From positions 196,945-260,944 of the forward strand of contig JADFCV010000001.1 of assembly GCA_017161655.1 (NCBI GenBank): a DNA stretch of 64,000 bases. Direction: 5' to 3'. The DNA comes from Candidatus Sumerlaeota bacterium (lineage in GTDB: Bacteria; Sumerlaeota; Sumerlaeia; Sumerlaeales; Sumerlaeaceae). How positions within the stretch are numbered: the first letter of the stretch is position 1; the number at the start of each line of letters is the position of its first letter. The position numbers and the translations under genes were made by a program. The notes below the pieces were generated by a model, which ran no database searches, had not been told where the DNA came from, and saw only the letters and a list, made by a program, of their open reading frames with translations. Shown here piece by piece: positions 18,921-27,920 of the stretch.

Positions 18921-21900
18921 ATGCGACGGACAATGCATAACCGGGTGCTCATGGGTGTGTGCTTAAGTCTTGTTTGTGCCGCTGTCTGGGCAACGCCGAG
19001 CAGTAGCACACACGTAGATTCTCCAGACGTGAGAACAGTTCAGGCAAATTCCACCGTCGAAACCACCTACAGGCGTGCCCAGGAGCTGTTCCGTGCCCAG
19101 CGTTTCGAGGAGGCGCAGAGGCTTTTCGAGCAGGTTCGTTTACAAGCTGGCAATTATCGCCAGACCGCATTTTTCCTCTCGGAAATCTCGCGTTTGAAAA
19201 ATCGTCCCTCTGGGGAAGGTGGACAGGGCCAAAACATTGCTCCCGGTGGTGGCGTTAGTTCGTCAGAGGCTGTTTCGCGTCTGATTGTGGAAGGACGTCG
19301 TGCTCTCAAAGAAGGCAACGTGGAAGAAGCGCGACAGCATTTCCGTCAAGCTATGGTTCTGGATAGCGGCAACACTGAAGCAAAGAAGTATCTTGAGCAG
19401 CTTGAGGGACGGGAAAAGAGTGCAGAGTTAGTCCCAACCGCGGCGCGGTTGGATTTGCCATCGAGACTTCCCTCAGATGTCGCATCACCACAGCAAAGCA
19501 AGGAACTGCCGGCTCAGCAAAACCGCCCAACGATTGCCCAGCAGGTGAAAAAGCTATTCACGCGTGACCTCGAACCAGCTCAGCGTTTGAGCCGGAAAGA
19601 AGAAATGGAGTTTGCCAAAGCCGGCACAGCCACCCGCTCAAAGATGGATGCTGTTGGCTTTGATCAGCCGGTCATCGCAAGCATGAGAGAGGGCGGCGTT
19701 CGCTCGATTCGGGGCGGAAATCAGTCTGAGTCCGTTGGCAACTTATCCCAGAAGAAAACGGAGTCCACACAACCGTCTTCCCTCGAGGGGCAAAAGACTG
19801 GAGCTGCGGCAAAATCAGGAGCGCCTGCCCCGAGTGTCGTCCCTGTAGCGCATGAGAATGCAGAAAAAGCCCAGCCGCTTACGACAAAGTCCGACACAAG
19901 AAACCTTGCTAAGCGGGAGGCACAGCCCGTAGAGGCCGCGAAGCCCGCTCCAGTCGTTCCAATTGTTTATGGACAAGACTCAGTCGCCAGTGCAGAAGCT
20001 GTTGCCGTTACCACAGGTTTAAACGGAGCAAGTGTTGCGCAGGCGGAATCCGGAAAAACCGATGATGGGAAGGCAAAGAAACAGCCTGAGGCTAAGGCCA
20101 GGGAGGACGTCCAAGGCAGCCCAGGTAAAGAAAAGCAGAACGAGGCCCAGGCAACGAAACCGAAGGACGCCAAGGACAAATCTTCGGCGGAGAAGCCTGC
20201 GGTTGGGGAGAAGAAGGAAGCTTCTGCAGCTGTTGCAAACAAGCCCGCTAATCCAAAAGTCGAAGCTGATACGCTTGTCCGTGACGCCCAACGCTTGCTT
20301 AAAGCCGGCAAACGCGATGAGGCGCGGGCCACAGTTCTGAAAGCATTAGAAAAAGACCCAAATAATGTTGAAGCAAAGGCACTTGCAAAAGATCTGGAAG
20401 AGAAAAAGACAGCCCAGACCAAGAGTGTCGAAAAGCAGACTGCGGAGAAAGTCGCCGTTCTGCCGCCGCTCACAGCCGCTCAGAAGCCAGAAAAGCAAGA
20501 TGCAAAAAAGCAGGATAAGGAAGCGAAGACTACTCCCGCTTCCGGGGTAGCGGAACAATCGCCAAAAGCCGAAAAGGAAGCAACAAAGCAGGCCAAGGGG
20601 ACTGAGAAAAAAGAAGAAGTTTCCGTAGCGGAAACGACGAAGAAAGCCAGAGCGGAAAAAGAAAAAGTTTATGCTGAACCACCAGCCGTGCGACGTCCGG
20701 CTCCAAGCCAGGAGGAAAGCGAAAAAGCTGCTCAGGCCGAAGCGGCTTTCCAAAAAGGCTTAGCTGCGTACCAAGATGGCCAACTCGATGTTGCTGTTCA
20801 ATGGTGGAATTATGCACTTACTCTGGTTCCCAACCACGAGCGTGCGCTGAAGTACTTGCAGCAAACAAGACCTGAATACGATGCGTGGGTCCAGAAGCAT
20901 CAAGCCAACGCAATTGAGCTTCAGAAAGAAGCCTCTACAAACGCAAAGCTCGATACCCCCATCACGTTTGATACCGCGGGCCCCAAATCTCTTACGGAAT
21001 TCCTGAGTGCTCTGTCACTTATTACCGATATCAGTTTCTATATCGCCGACGGGGTGGACCCGGATGTTCGGATCACCGCTAAATTTGAGGAAATTCCCCT
21101 CCGCGATGCGCTTGATACAGCGTTGCTTCCCATAGGTCTAAAATGGAGCCAGAGCGGGGAAGTCATCGCGGTTACGCCGGACTTAAAGACAAAGTTCTTC
21201 AACCTCACGCCTGATCAAGTCGCTCGGCTGAAAACCCTCTTGGAGAGCAAGACTCTCCAGAAGATTCTTTACGGGCCGGAGGGAGTTCCTGCGGTGAAAA
21301 ATGTCGAGTTGCTGCTCGATGACCGCGAGAATGTCCTCTTAGTCACCGATTCGCAAGAGAACATCAACAAGGTCGAGGCTTTCTTGAAAGATATGCAGCA
21401 AGCGGGGCCACCCGCCCTCATTTATAAGAGCTGGAAGATTCGGCCGGATGAAGGACCCAAAATCAAAGCTCTGGTCGAAGCCATCGTAAAGGTACAGAGC
21501 GATGCTCCGTACGATCTCGAACGGAAGGTAGTTGTCGATGGCAGCGACCTGATCGTTAAGGATACCCCAGAGAATATTAAGAAGATAGAAGAACTCTTGC
21601 TCGACAAGAATTTCATCAAGAAAATCGAGAACCAGCAGTTACAAGTTGCGACCTTTAACCTTACGCCACGCGAGCCTCTCTCTGACAACATCGAACAGGT
21701 TCGTGAAATGGCGCAAAACATCGTGACAGTGGTCAAAACGCTTTTGTATGCTAAGAGTAGCGAGAGCGCAGCAGCAGCGGAGGGACGTCGGTACTGGTAC
21801 GACCCCAATACCCTCCAGCTCACCATTGTAGATTATCCGGACAACCTTCGTGTTGTGAGCGACTACATTCGGTCGCTGCCCACTCTTGGAAAGAAACAAA

Positions 21901-23459
21901 AGTCAGAAATCATTTTCCTACGACACCAGACCGCCTCTGAAATGTCGGACTTAATTAGCAGGGTACTTGGCTTGACGGCGCAAGAACCAACCGCCGGCGG
22001 TGGAACTGGTAAGGGAGCAAATCAGATCACAAGAACAGTCAGCGTCAGCGGCGGTACGCCGCAGGAAATTGTTTTCCGCGATTTGCGCATCCGTGCGAGT
22101 AAGATCAACGAGAATGATGCGAATGACCGCAACGATGACAGCATCGAGCTAATCATTAATACCCCGACGACCAGCGAAGAGCGCACGATTGACGAATATA
22201 AGAGCGAATTCGTCGACGATTATGAAATTACAGCACTTGAAGTACGCCCGTCTGGTACAGCAGGTCAGGGGACGGCGAAGATTCAAATCCGTTACAATCC
22301 TGCAGCTACGGGTGTCGCTGGAGGCACGACTGGTGGTGGAGTTACGCCTGGCGTGGTCGGCCTGCCTGGGCAGTTGCCTGGCGCTACGCCAACCCCTGCT
22401 CCAGGTGCCCCGACGGGGCTTTCAGTCGAGACAATTGATAATATGAACGCCCTCCTCATCCGCTATGATGACCCGGCAGATTTTGCAGAGATCAAAAGTT
22501 ACATCGAGCAACTCGATATTCCGGTGCTTCAAGTCAGCATAGAGACTAAGCTTGTCGAGGTTAATGAGACAAAAGCAAAGGAGTACATGCCGCAATTCTC
22601 GATCCTTAATCTCGGCAAGCAAGGCATTGATTTTGACAACAGTTCCCTCAACATGCGATATGCCCAGGATATCGATGAGTACAGGAGCATTTTCGATCCG
22701 TTCGTTGAGGGGCCGGGGAACGCAGGCCTTTTAAAAGGAACCACGGTGCTGAACTTTATTTCGCCAGGAGAGACCCCCGTTGCGTTTACCCTTCGCATGC
22801 TTGAAGCAGAAGGCGTTGTAAACGTAGTGAACGGGCCAATGATCACGGTAGAAAACGGAGAGACTGCAGACTTCCAGATTGAACAGCGTTTAGGAATCGC
22901 CCCATTCGGATCCGTGGGTGGTGGGACGACTACCGGAGGAACAACAACGGGCGGTACCACCACAACCGGAGGAACGACAACGGGCGGCACCACGACGGGG
23001 GGAACCACTACTGGTGGAACTAACACTTCCAATCAGACCACATCTTCGGGAGGCGGTTATTCTATTCCTACCGTCACCCTCTCTGTTTCACCCACGATTA
23101 CCCAGCTTGGAGAAATTCGACTTGAGATCTCCAACCTTGAGCTCTACGACCTTGGCGGTGTGGGAGGATACGTGAGGGATCAAACCGATGCGGCCGGAAA
23201 CACGCTCCGATCCATAGCCACAGATCCGGGAGCCTTTGATTTGCGGCGCCGTTACCTCACGACTACCGCCCGTGTGACTGATGGTGGGACTATCGTCCTT
23301 GGCGGATGGACTGGGGAACGTTCCCGTAAAGGTGAATCCGGCATTCCGATTTTGCGGAACTTGCCTTATGTAGGGAAGCTCTTCTTCAATCGTACGAGCA
23401 ATGTGACCGATAAGACCACGTTGTTGGTCTTCCTTACCTGCCATTTGCAGAAACCCTAA
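18921..23459 (+). CDS. Giant PilQ/GspD-family secretin with N-terminal TPR repeats, long disordered K/E/A-rich linker, secretin N-domains and C-terminal secretin domain
   Basis: Signal peptide MRRTMHNRVLMGVCLSLVCAAVWA; four or more TPR units; ~400 aa low-complexity charged segment; STN/AMIN-like block (ITFDTAGPKSLTEFLSALSLITDISFYIADG); C-terminal secretin signature (VLGGWTGERSRKGESGIPILRNLPYVGKLFFNRTS...TTLLVFLTCHL). Start 18921 chosen for signal peptide and RBS; the track ORF extends in frame to 18642. Confidence 0.8.
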   Translation: MRRTMHNRVLMGVCLSLVCAAVWATPSSSTHVDSPDVRTVQANSTVETTYRRAQELFRAQRFEEAQRLFEQVRLQAGNYRQTAFFLSEISRLKNRPSGEGGQGQNIAPGGGVSSSEAVSRLIVEGRRALKEGNVEEARQHFRQAMVLDSGNTEAKKYLEQLEGREKSAELVPTAARLDLPSRLPSDVASPQQSKELPAQQNRPTIAQQVKKLFTRDLEPAQRLSRKEEMEFAKAGTATRSKMDAVGFDQPVIASMREGGVRSIRGGNQSESVGNLSQKKTESTQPSSLEGQKTGAAAKSGAPAPSVVPVAHENAEKAQPLTTKSDTRNLAKREAQPVEAAKPAPVVPIVYGQDSVASAEAVAVTTGLNGASVAQAESGKTDDGKAKKQPEAKAREDVQGSPGKEKQNEAQATKPKDAKDKSSAEKPAVGEKKEASAAVANKPANPKVEADTLVRDAQRLLKAGKRDEARATVLKALEKDPNNVEAKALAKDLEEKKTAQTKSVEKQTAEKVAVLPPLTAAQKPEKQDAKKQDKEAKTTPASGVAEQSPKAEKEATKQAKGTEKKEEVSVAETTKKARAEKEKVYAEPPAVRRPAPSQEESEKAAQAEAAFQKGLAAYQDGQLDVAVQWWNYALTLVPNHERALKYLQQTRPEYDAWVQKHQANAIELQKEASTNAKLDTPITFDTAGPKSLTEFLSALSLITDISFYIADGVDPDVRITAKFEEIPLRDALDTALLPIGLKWSQSGEVIAVTPDLKTKFFNLTPDQVARLKTLLESKTLQKILYGPEGVPAVKNVELLLDDRENVLLVTDSQENINKVEAFLKDMQQAGPPALIYKSWKIRPDEGPKIKALVEAIVKVQSDAPYDLERKVVVDGSDLIVKDTPENIKKIEELLLDKNFIKKIENQQLQVATFNLTPREPLSDNIEQVREMAQNIVTVVKTLLYAKSSESAAAAEGRRYWYDPNTLQLTIVDYPDNLRVVSDYIRSLPTLGKKQKSEIIFLRHQTASEMSDLISRVLGLTAQEPTAGGGTGKGANQITRTVSVSGGTPQEIVFRDLRIRASKINENDANDRNDDSIELIINTPTTSEERTIDEYKSEFVDDYEITALEVRPSGTAGQGTAKIQIRYNPAATGVAGGTTGGGVTPGVVGLPGQLPGATPTPAPGAPTGLSVETIDNMNALLIRYDDPADFAEIKSYIEQLDIPVLQVSIETKLVEVNETKAKEYMPQFSILNLGKQGIDFDNSSLNMRYAQDIDEYRSIFDPFVEGPGNAGLLKGTTVLNFISPGETPVAFTLRMLEAEGVVNVVNGPMITVENGETADFQIEQRLGIAPFGSVGGGTTTGGTTTGGTTTTGGTTTGGTTTGGTTTGGTNTSNQTTSSGGGYSIPTVTLSVSPTITQLGEIRLEISNLELYDLGGVGGYVRDQTDAAGNTLRSIATDPGAFDLRRRYLTTTARVTDGGTIVLGGWTGERSRKGESGIPILRNLPYVGKLFFNRTSNVTDKTTLLVFLTCHLQKP
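22918..23032 (+). repeat. Degenerate 15 nt coding tandem repeat encoding (G-G-T-T-T)n inside the secretin gene
   Basis: GGTGGGACGACTACC GGAGGAACAACAACG GGCGGTACCACCACA... gives about 7 units of GGTTT at protein level with synonymous codon variation. It also creates the spurious antisense PPVVV ORF at 22529-23032. Confidence 0.7.
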
Positions 23460-23488
23460 GGTTTCTTTTGGGCATTTGTGATCCGCAA

Positions 23489-23525
23489 GGGCCCTCTCCA
23501 CCGCGAGAGGTCCCTTTTCTGTTTT
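23489..23525 (+). terminator. Rho-independent terminator after the secretin gene
   Basis: GGGCCCTCTC-caccgc-GAGAGGTCCC (one mismatch) followed by TTTTCTGTTTT. Confidence 0.65.
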
Positions 23526-23896
23526 GGGCGCAAAGATCCGTTGGATGCCTGGGGCGAGGTTTTTAAGATGCCAGAACAAAAAAGCGATTTAGCACGCTCC
23601 GCGTCGATGCGCTCAAGTAATGACAGAGAACCAGACGCTCGTTTTGGGAACACCTGCCAAGCTCGGACTAATTCCTTTCCTCCAACACTGGAGCGAAGCC
23701 GGGCTCTTTCCGTCCCACGGCTTCTTTTCCCGCTGTCATCGAGGCCGCGGAGTCACGAAGGCCGACTTCTCATCATTCCCTTCACTACCACGCAGGGCAT
23801 GAGAGGGCAGCGAAGCGAAGACGCTTGGGCACAAAAAGGAGTCGAGCGCCTGAAATCTCGTCACTCGTGTTGCAATGCCCTCTCGGGCTACGTCCA

Positions 23897-23933
23897 GAAA
23901 CAAAAAGCCCTGCGCTAGAACATCAGCGCAGGG
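23897..23933 (-). terminator. Rho-independent terminator after the lipoprotein gene (minus strand)
   Basis: Perfect 10 bp stem GCCCTGCGCT-agaacatc-AGCGCAGGGC; the upstream A-tract AACAAAAA on the + strand gives the T-tract on the minus strand. Confidence 0.75.
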
Positions 23934-23952
23934 CGCATGACTAAATGTAAGT

Positions 23953-24519
23953 TTAGAACTCTAGTTCCACGGACTTCACAAACAGGCCTGGTCGAACTTG
24001 TCCGCCTGTGGGCTCAACGTCATCGTAACGTACAAGAAAAGCTACGGTGCCCGCAGGGATATTGCTTAACGGGTACTTTTTCTCCACAGTCCCCTTCACA
24101 GTGAGCGTGTCGAGCGTTTGCCATGATTTTGCAGCGGGATCATAGATAGCGAGCTTTGCCTTGGGATAGAAACCTTCATGCAAAACCCCTTCCAGGGTAA
24201 ACCTAATTGCTTTCGGCGGTTTTTCTGCCTTCAATTCGCCCTTCACTGATGCAAAGTGCATAATCCGGAGCACTGATCCACTGACTATTTTACATGCATC
24301 ACTGAGCTCGTAACTGTCCGCGGTGGCTTTGGGCCCAAGCTTCTTGGGCTTGCTCGTTGGAGCTGCAGCAACTTTGTCTTTCGCGTTCAGGTCGCGGGAA
24401 TTCTTTTGGCTGCTCGACTTAGTAGCCTGAGGTTTCTGTCCGTCCGATGGTTCTTTCTCCGGCTGAACCTGGCAAGCTGCCAGCGCTACCGCTAACATCG
24501 AAACGAGAACTCGTCTCAT
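23953..24519 (-). CDS. Lipoprotein, hypothetical
   Basis: Signal peptide with LAAC lipobox (MRRVLVSMLAVALAAC); S/K-rich linker then a beta-rich domain; no recognisable family. Confidence 0.6.
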   Translation of the reverse strand: MRRVLVSMLAVALAACQVQPEKEPSDGQKPQATKSSSQKNSRDLNAKDKVAAAPTSKPKKLGPKATADSYELSDACKIVSGSVLRIMHFASVKGELKAEKPPKAIRFTLEGVLHEGFYPKAKLAIYDPAAKSWQTLDTLTVKGTVEKKYPLSNIPAGTVAFLVRYDDVEPTGGQVRPGLFVKSVELEF

Positions 24520-24694
24520 TTTCTGGTCCGTCCTTTACAAGTTATGTTCGTACCGACAGCATGAGGGGTACATGTAACGAGTCAAATATTTTGAGCGATA
24601 GCTACCGATTAAATGCCTAACGAACTGCTTGTGTTTTTCCGCGACAAGGTCAACACAGCTCATTAAGCAGCTTTCCAGGAATAAATTTGGCGCC

Positions 24695-26446
24695 ATGAGG
24701 ACGAGCACGAAATCACCGAAAGATGTCGCAAAGAAACGTTTTCGGCGTTTACGGGTGCTTTACCGCATCGCGAATCTGATCAACTCAACTACTGACGAGA
24801 AAAGAATTCTCCGGCGGATTCTTTACGAAACGGTGCGGGAGCTTGGTGCTACGAGTGGAAGCCTGTCGCTTGTCGACGGTGATCCTCCGGAGAATTTGCG
24901 GGTTGTGGTGGCACTGGGAGAAAGCTCACAGAATGTCCGAAACCTTCGCTTGCGGGTTGGCCAGGGGGTTGTGGGAAAAGTCGTTGAGTTAGGTCATCCG
25001 ATTCGTGTGGAGGACGTCTCTAAGTCAGATTTCTATTTAGCTTTGCGACCAGAAGTTCGCTCAGAACTGGCTGTGCCACTTTCGATAAACGGGAAGATTG
25101 CAGGGGTCATCAATGTTGACAGTGATCGTCTTGCCGCATTCTCGACAGATGACGAAAAACTTCTGGTGGCCATTGCTCATCAGGCGGCAAAGGTCATCCA
25201 TACTTCTCGCCTCTATGAGCAGCTCTCCACTCAAGCGTCACGTTTAGAAGCGCTTATCCGGGCCGGCCAGGCCCTTATTGCCCCTGAACCTTTGGCCAAG
25301 GTGCTCCAACGGATCACGGAAACCGTCCAGAGCATGCTAGATACAAAGTTGTGCTCGATCATGCTATTGAACGAAAAAGGAGAGTTGATCATTGGCGCGG
25401 TTGCAGGTGGAGGGCAGTATTACACGCAGCGTCCCAGCCTCACCGTGAGAAATTCTCTTATTGGAGAGGTTGTTGTGCGTGCTGCACCCCTTCAAGTCTT
25501 CGATGTACGTCGAGCGAAAGGCTACCGTAGCCAATCAATGGCACGCAAGGAGCAGCTCGTCTCACTGCTTTCGGTCCCCATTCTTTTCCATCAGAAACCT
25601 ATAGGAATCATCAACATCTACACATCGAAACCGAGGCGTTTCTCGGACGAAGAGATTCGTCTATTGGACGCATTTGCGTCGCTGTGCGCGATCGCTATCG
25701 AAAATGCCCGCCGTTATGAATCTCTCGTTCGGGCGGAAGAAAGCCTCCGCAAAGCTGACCGTCTTACCACGCTTGGCGTGCTAAGTGCGGAAATTGCTCA
25801 TGAGATTCGAAATCCTATCTCAGTGATTTCGATGCTTGTTCACTCACTCATCGAAGATGAAGCTGTCGTTGCTGATCGCCGGCAGGACCTTACGATCATT
25901 GCGGAGAAACTTCAGCGAATTTCGCGTATTGTTGGTCAGGTTCTCAACTTTTCGAAACAGCAGGTCCTACGGTACGAGTGGGTTTGTATTGAGGAGGTGA
26001 TTTCCGATCTGTTTTTCCTGCTCAGCCACACCTTTGCCACGCGATCCATTTCCGCTCAATTTCGCGCTCCCAAGAAATTGCCTTCTGTGTTTGTTGACCG
26101 CGGGCATTTAGAACAGGTTTTCATGAACCTTTTTTTGAATGCTGTTCAAGCGATGCCCACCGGTGGCGCGTTGGACGTGGAGGCACGAGTGGTAAAAAGA
26201 TCTCAGTCGCCGGTTCTTCAGATTTCCGTTTCTGACACAGGCACTGGTATCGCCCCCGACATCGTTCAACATATCTTCGACCCCTTTGTGACATCGCGGA
26301 AAGAGGGCGTTGGCCTGGGGCTTTTTATATCCCAAAAACTTATGGCGCAATTTGGCGGTAAGATTGAGGTAGCGAAAACAAGCAGCAAAGGGACAACACT
26401 TATTGTCTCGATCCCTCTGGAGACCCAGCGTAAAGAGAATGACTGA
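24695..26446 (+). CDS. Cytoplasmic sensor histidine kinase with two GAF domains (GAF-GAF-HisKA-HATPase_c)
   Basis: Two GAF-like regions (LGHPIRVEDVSKSDFY...AVPL, VVVRAAPLQVFDV...SVPI); H-box SAEIAHEIRNPIS; N/G boxes (FLNAVQAM, SDTGTGIAPD, GVGLGLF). No TM segments. Start ATG 24695; alternative TTG at 24629. Confidence 0.8.
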   Translation: MRTSTKSPKDVAKKRFRRLRVLYRIANLINSTTDEKRILRRILYETVRELGATSGSLSLVDGDPPENLRVVVALGESSQNVRNLRLRVGQGVVGKVVELGHPIRVEDVSKSDFYLALRPEVRSELAVPLSINGKIAGVINVDSDRLAAFSTDDEKLLVAIAHQAAKVIHTSRLYEQLSTQASRLEALIRAGQALIAPEPLAKVLQRITETVQSMLDTKLCSIMLLNEKGELIIGAVAGGGQYYTQRPSLTVRNSLIGEVVVRAAPLQVFDVRRAKGYRSQSMARKEQLVSLLSVPILFHQKPIGIINIYTSKPRRFSDEEIRLLDAFASLCAIAIENARRYESLVRAEESLRKADRLTTLGVLSAEIAHEIRNPISVISMLVHSLIEDEAVVADRRQDLTIIAEKLQRISRIVGQVLNFSKQQVLRYEWVCIEEVISDLFFLLSHTFATRSISAQFRAPKKLPSVFVDRGHLEQVFMNLFLNAVQAMPTGGALDVEARVVKRSQSPVLQISVSDTGTGIAPDIVQHIFDPFVTSRKEGVGLGLFISQKLMAQFGGKIEVAKTSSKGTTLIVSIPLETQRKEND

Positions 26447-27920
26447 GCCGAGACCCAAATTGCTCATAGTTGATGACGAACCGGATGTGATCTATTCATT
26501 CCGTCGGCTTTTCGAGCGTGACTATGACATGATAGAGGCGACTTCTGGGGAGGAGGCGGTGCGTCTTGTGGAAAGCCTGGATCCGGATGTGGTCGTGATG
26601 GACGTCCGGATGAAAGGGATGGATGGGATCGAAGCACTGCGCCGTATCCGACAAACAAGTCCCCGGACTGTCGTTGTTCTTATGACTGCCTACGGGACCA
26701 CCCAGAGTACAATCGAAGCTATCCGTCTTGGGGCATTCGACTATATTCTCAAGCCCTTCGATGTGACGCAGATGCGCAATGTGCTGGCGAAGGCTTCCAG
26801 AGCTGCAATGGACATGCGTCGAACGGTAGGGTATCCGACTCAACAGGCGTCAGGTGAGCCTGCGGAAGAGGAGATTATCGGACTTAGCGGTCCTATGCAG
26901 GAGGTTTACAAATTAGTAGGGCGGGTTGCGGAAAGCGATCTCCCTGTTCTTATCGTTGGTGAAAGTGGTACGGGTAAAGAGCTCGTGGCGCGAGCTATTT
27001 ACCAGCACAGCCAGCGCAAAAATAAGCCATTTCTTGCCATCAACTGTGCTGCAATTCCAGAGGCACTTCTCGAGAGCGAGCTTTTTGGCTACGAGCGCGG
27101 AGCCTTTACTGGCGCTTCTGTTCCGAAACCGGGGAAGTTCGAGATTTGCGACGGGGGAACGATTTTTCTCGACGAAATTGGTGAAATGCCTCTCGCGACT
27201 CAGAAAAAACTCTTACGTGTGCTCGAAACCGGGGAAATCGAAAAAGTCGGAAGCACACGCAGCATCCAGGTTGATGTCCGGATCATCGCAGCGACAAACC
27301 AAGACCTGGAAACGTTGATCGCTCATAACGCCTTTCGACCAGATCTCTACTATCGCCTACGCGTGGTCGAGATCCGAATGCCTCCCCTCCGTGAAAGGAA
27401 AGAGGATATTGCTCCTCTTGTTGATTATTTCCTGACGCGAATCTCCCGTCAGCTTGGGCGAGAAAAGCCCGAAATTTCGAAAGAAGCTCTTGAGGCTCTG
27501 GAGAACTATTCATGGCCCGGTAACGTTCGCGAACTGGAAAATTTGATAAAAAATTGTCTCGTTCGCATCCCCACTAGCATCATTCGTGCTTCCGACCTCT
27601 CGAATTTGCTGACTGTTCCAGTTGCCCCCTTGCCTACACGCCAGGAGCGCGAAGCTCCTGCGCCTCAGGAACGCGACAAGCCGATGGTGTATGACCAAGG
27701 AACCATCCGGGCGTTGTTTGACATGATTTTGGCGGCTCAGCCGCTACCCGAGGGCCTGGACGCATTTGATCTTATCGAACAAGAGCTTTTGAAGCTGGCG
27801 CTGGTCCATTGTCACGGCAACAAATCCCGTGCGGCGCGACTTTTGGGTATCAGTAGAAACACTGTGCGCAAGCGAGTCGAAAAATATGGATTAGCTGACC
27901 TCACGGATGACGAAGCATGA
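26439..27920 (+). CDS. Sigma-54-dependent response regulator (NtrC family: REC + AAA+ sigma54 activator + Fis-type HTH)
   Basis: REC (KLLIVDDEPD...VVMDVRMKGMDG...LKPF); Walker A GESGTGKE; GAFTGA motif; arginine fingers; C-terminal HTH (AARLLGISRNTVRKRVEKYG). Start overlaps the kinase stop (ATG 26439). Confidence 0.9.
   Translation: MTEPRPKLLIVDDEPDVIYSFRRLFERDYDMIEATSGEEAVRLVESLDPDVVVMDVRMKGMDGIEALRRIRQTSPRTVVVLMTAYGTTQSTIEAIRLGAFDYILKPFDVTQMRNVLAKASRAAMDMRRTVGYPTQQASGEPAEEEIIGLSGPMQEVYKLVGRVAESDLPVLIVGESGTGKELVARAIYQHSQRKNKPFLAINCAAIPEALLESELFGYERGAFTGASVPKPGKFEICDGGTIFLDEIGEMPLATQKKLLRVLETGEIEKVGSTRSIQVDVRIIAATNQDLETLIAHNAFRPDLYYRLRVVEIRMPPLRERKEDIAPLVDYFLTRISRQLGREKPEISKEALEALENYSWPGNVRELENLIKNCLVRIPTSIIRASDLSNLLTVPVAPLPTRQEREAPAPQERDKPMVYDQGTIRALFDMILAAQPLPEGLDAFDLIEQELLKLALVHCHGNKSRAARLLGISRNTVRKRVEKYGLADLTDDEA

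Noticed and set aside
19967-20817. Several 95-168 aa antisense ORFs, and a +1 frame 102 aa ORF, inside the secretin gene
   Set aside because: These are artefacts of the low-complexity K/E/A-rich coding repeat. Their translations are R/S/F/L-rich nonsense, with no starts backed by an RBS.
22529-23032. 167 aa minus-strand ORF encoding a PPVVV repeat
   Set aside because: It is the reverse complement of the GGTTT coding repeat of the secretin, so it is not an independent gene.
23478-23918. 146 aa plus-strand ORF in the secretin/lipoprotein intergenic region
   Set aside because: It is strongly R/S-biased, has no RBS and spans two terminator hairpins, so it is more likely noncoding (see the finding on the insulated segment).
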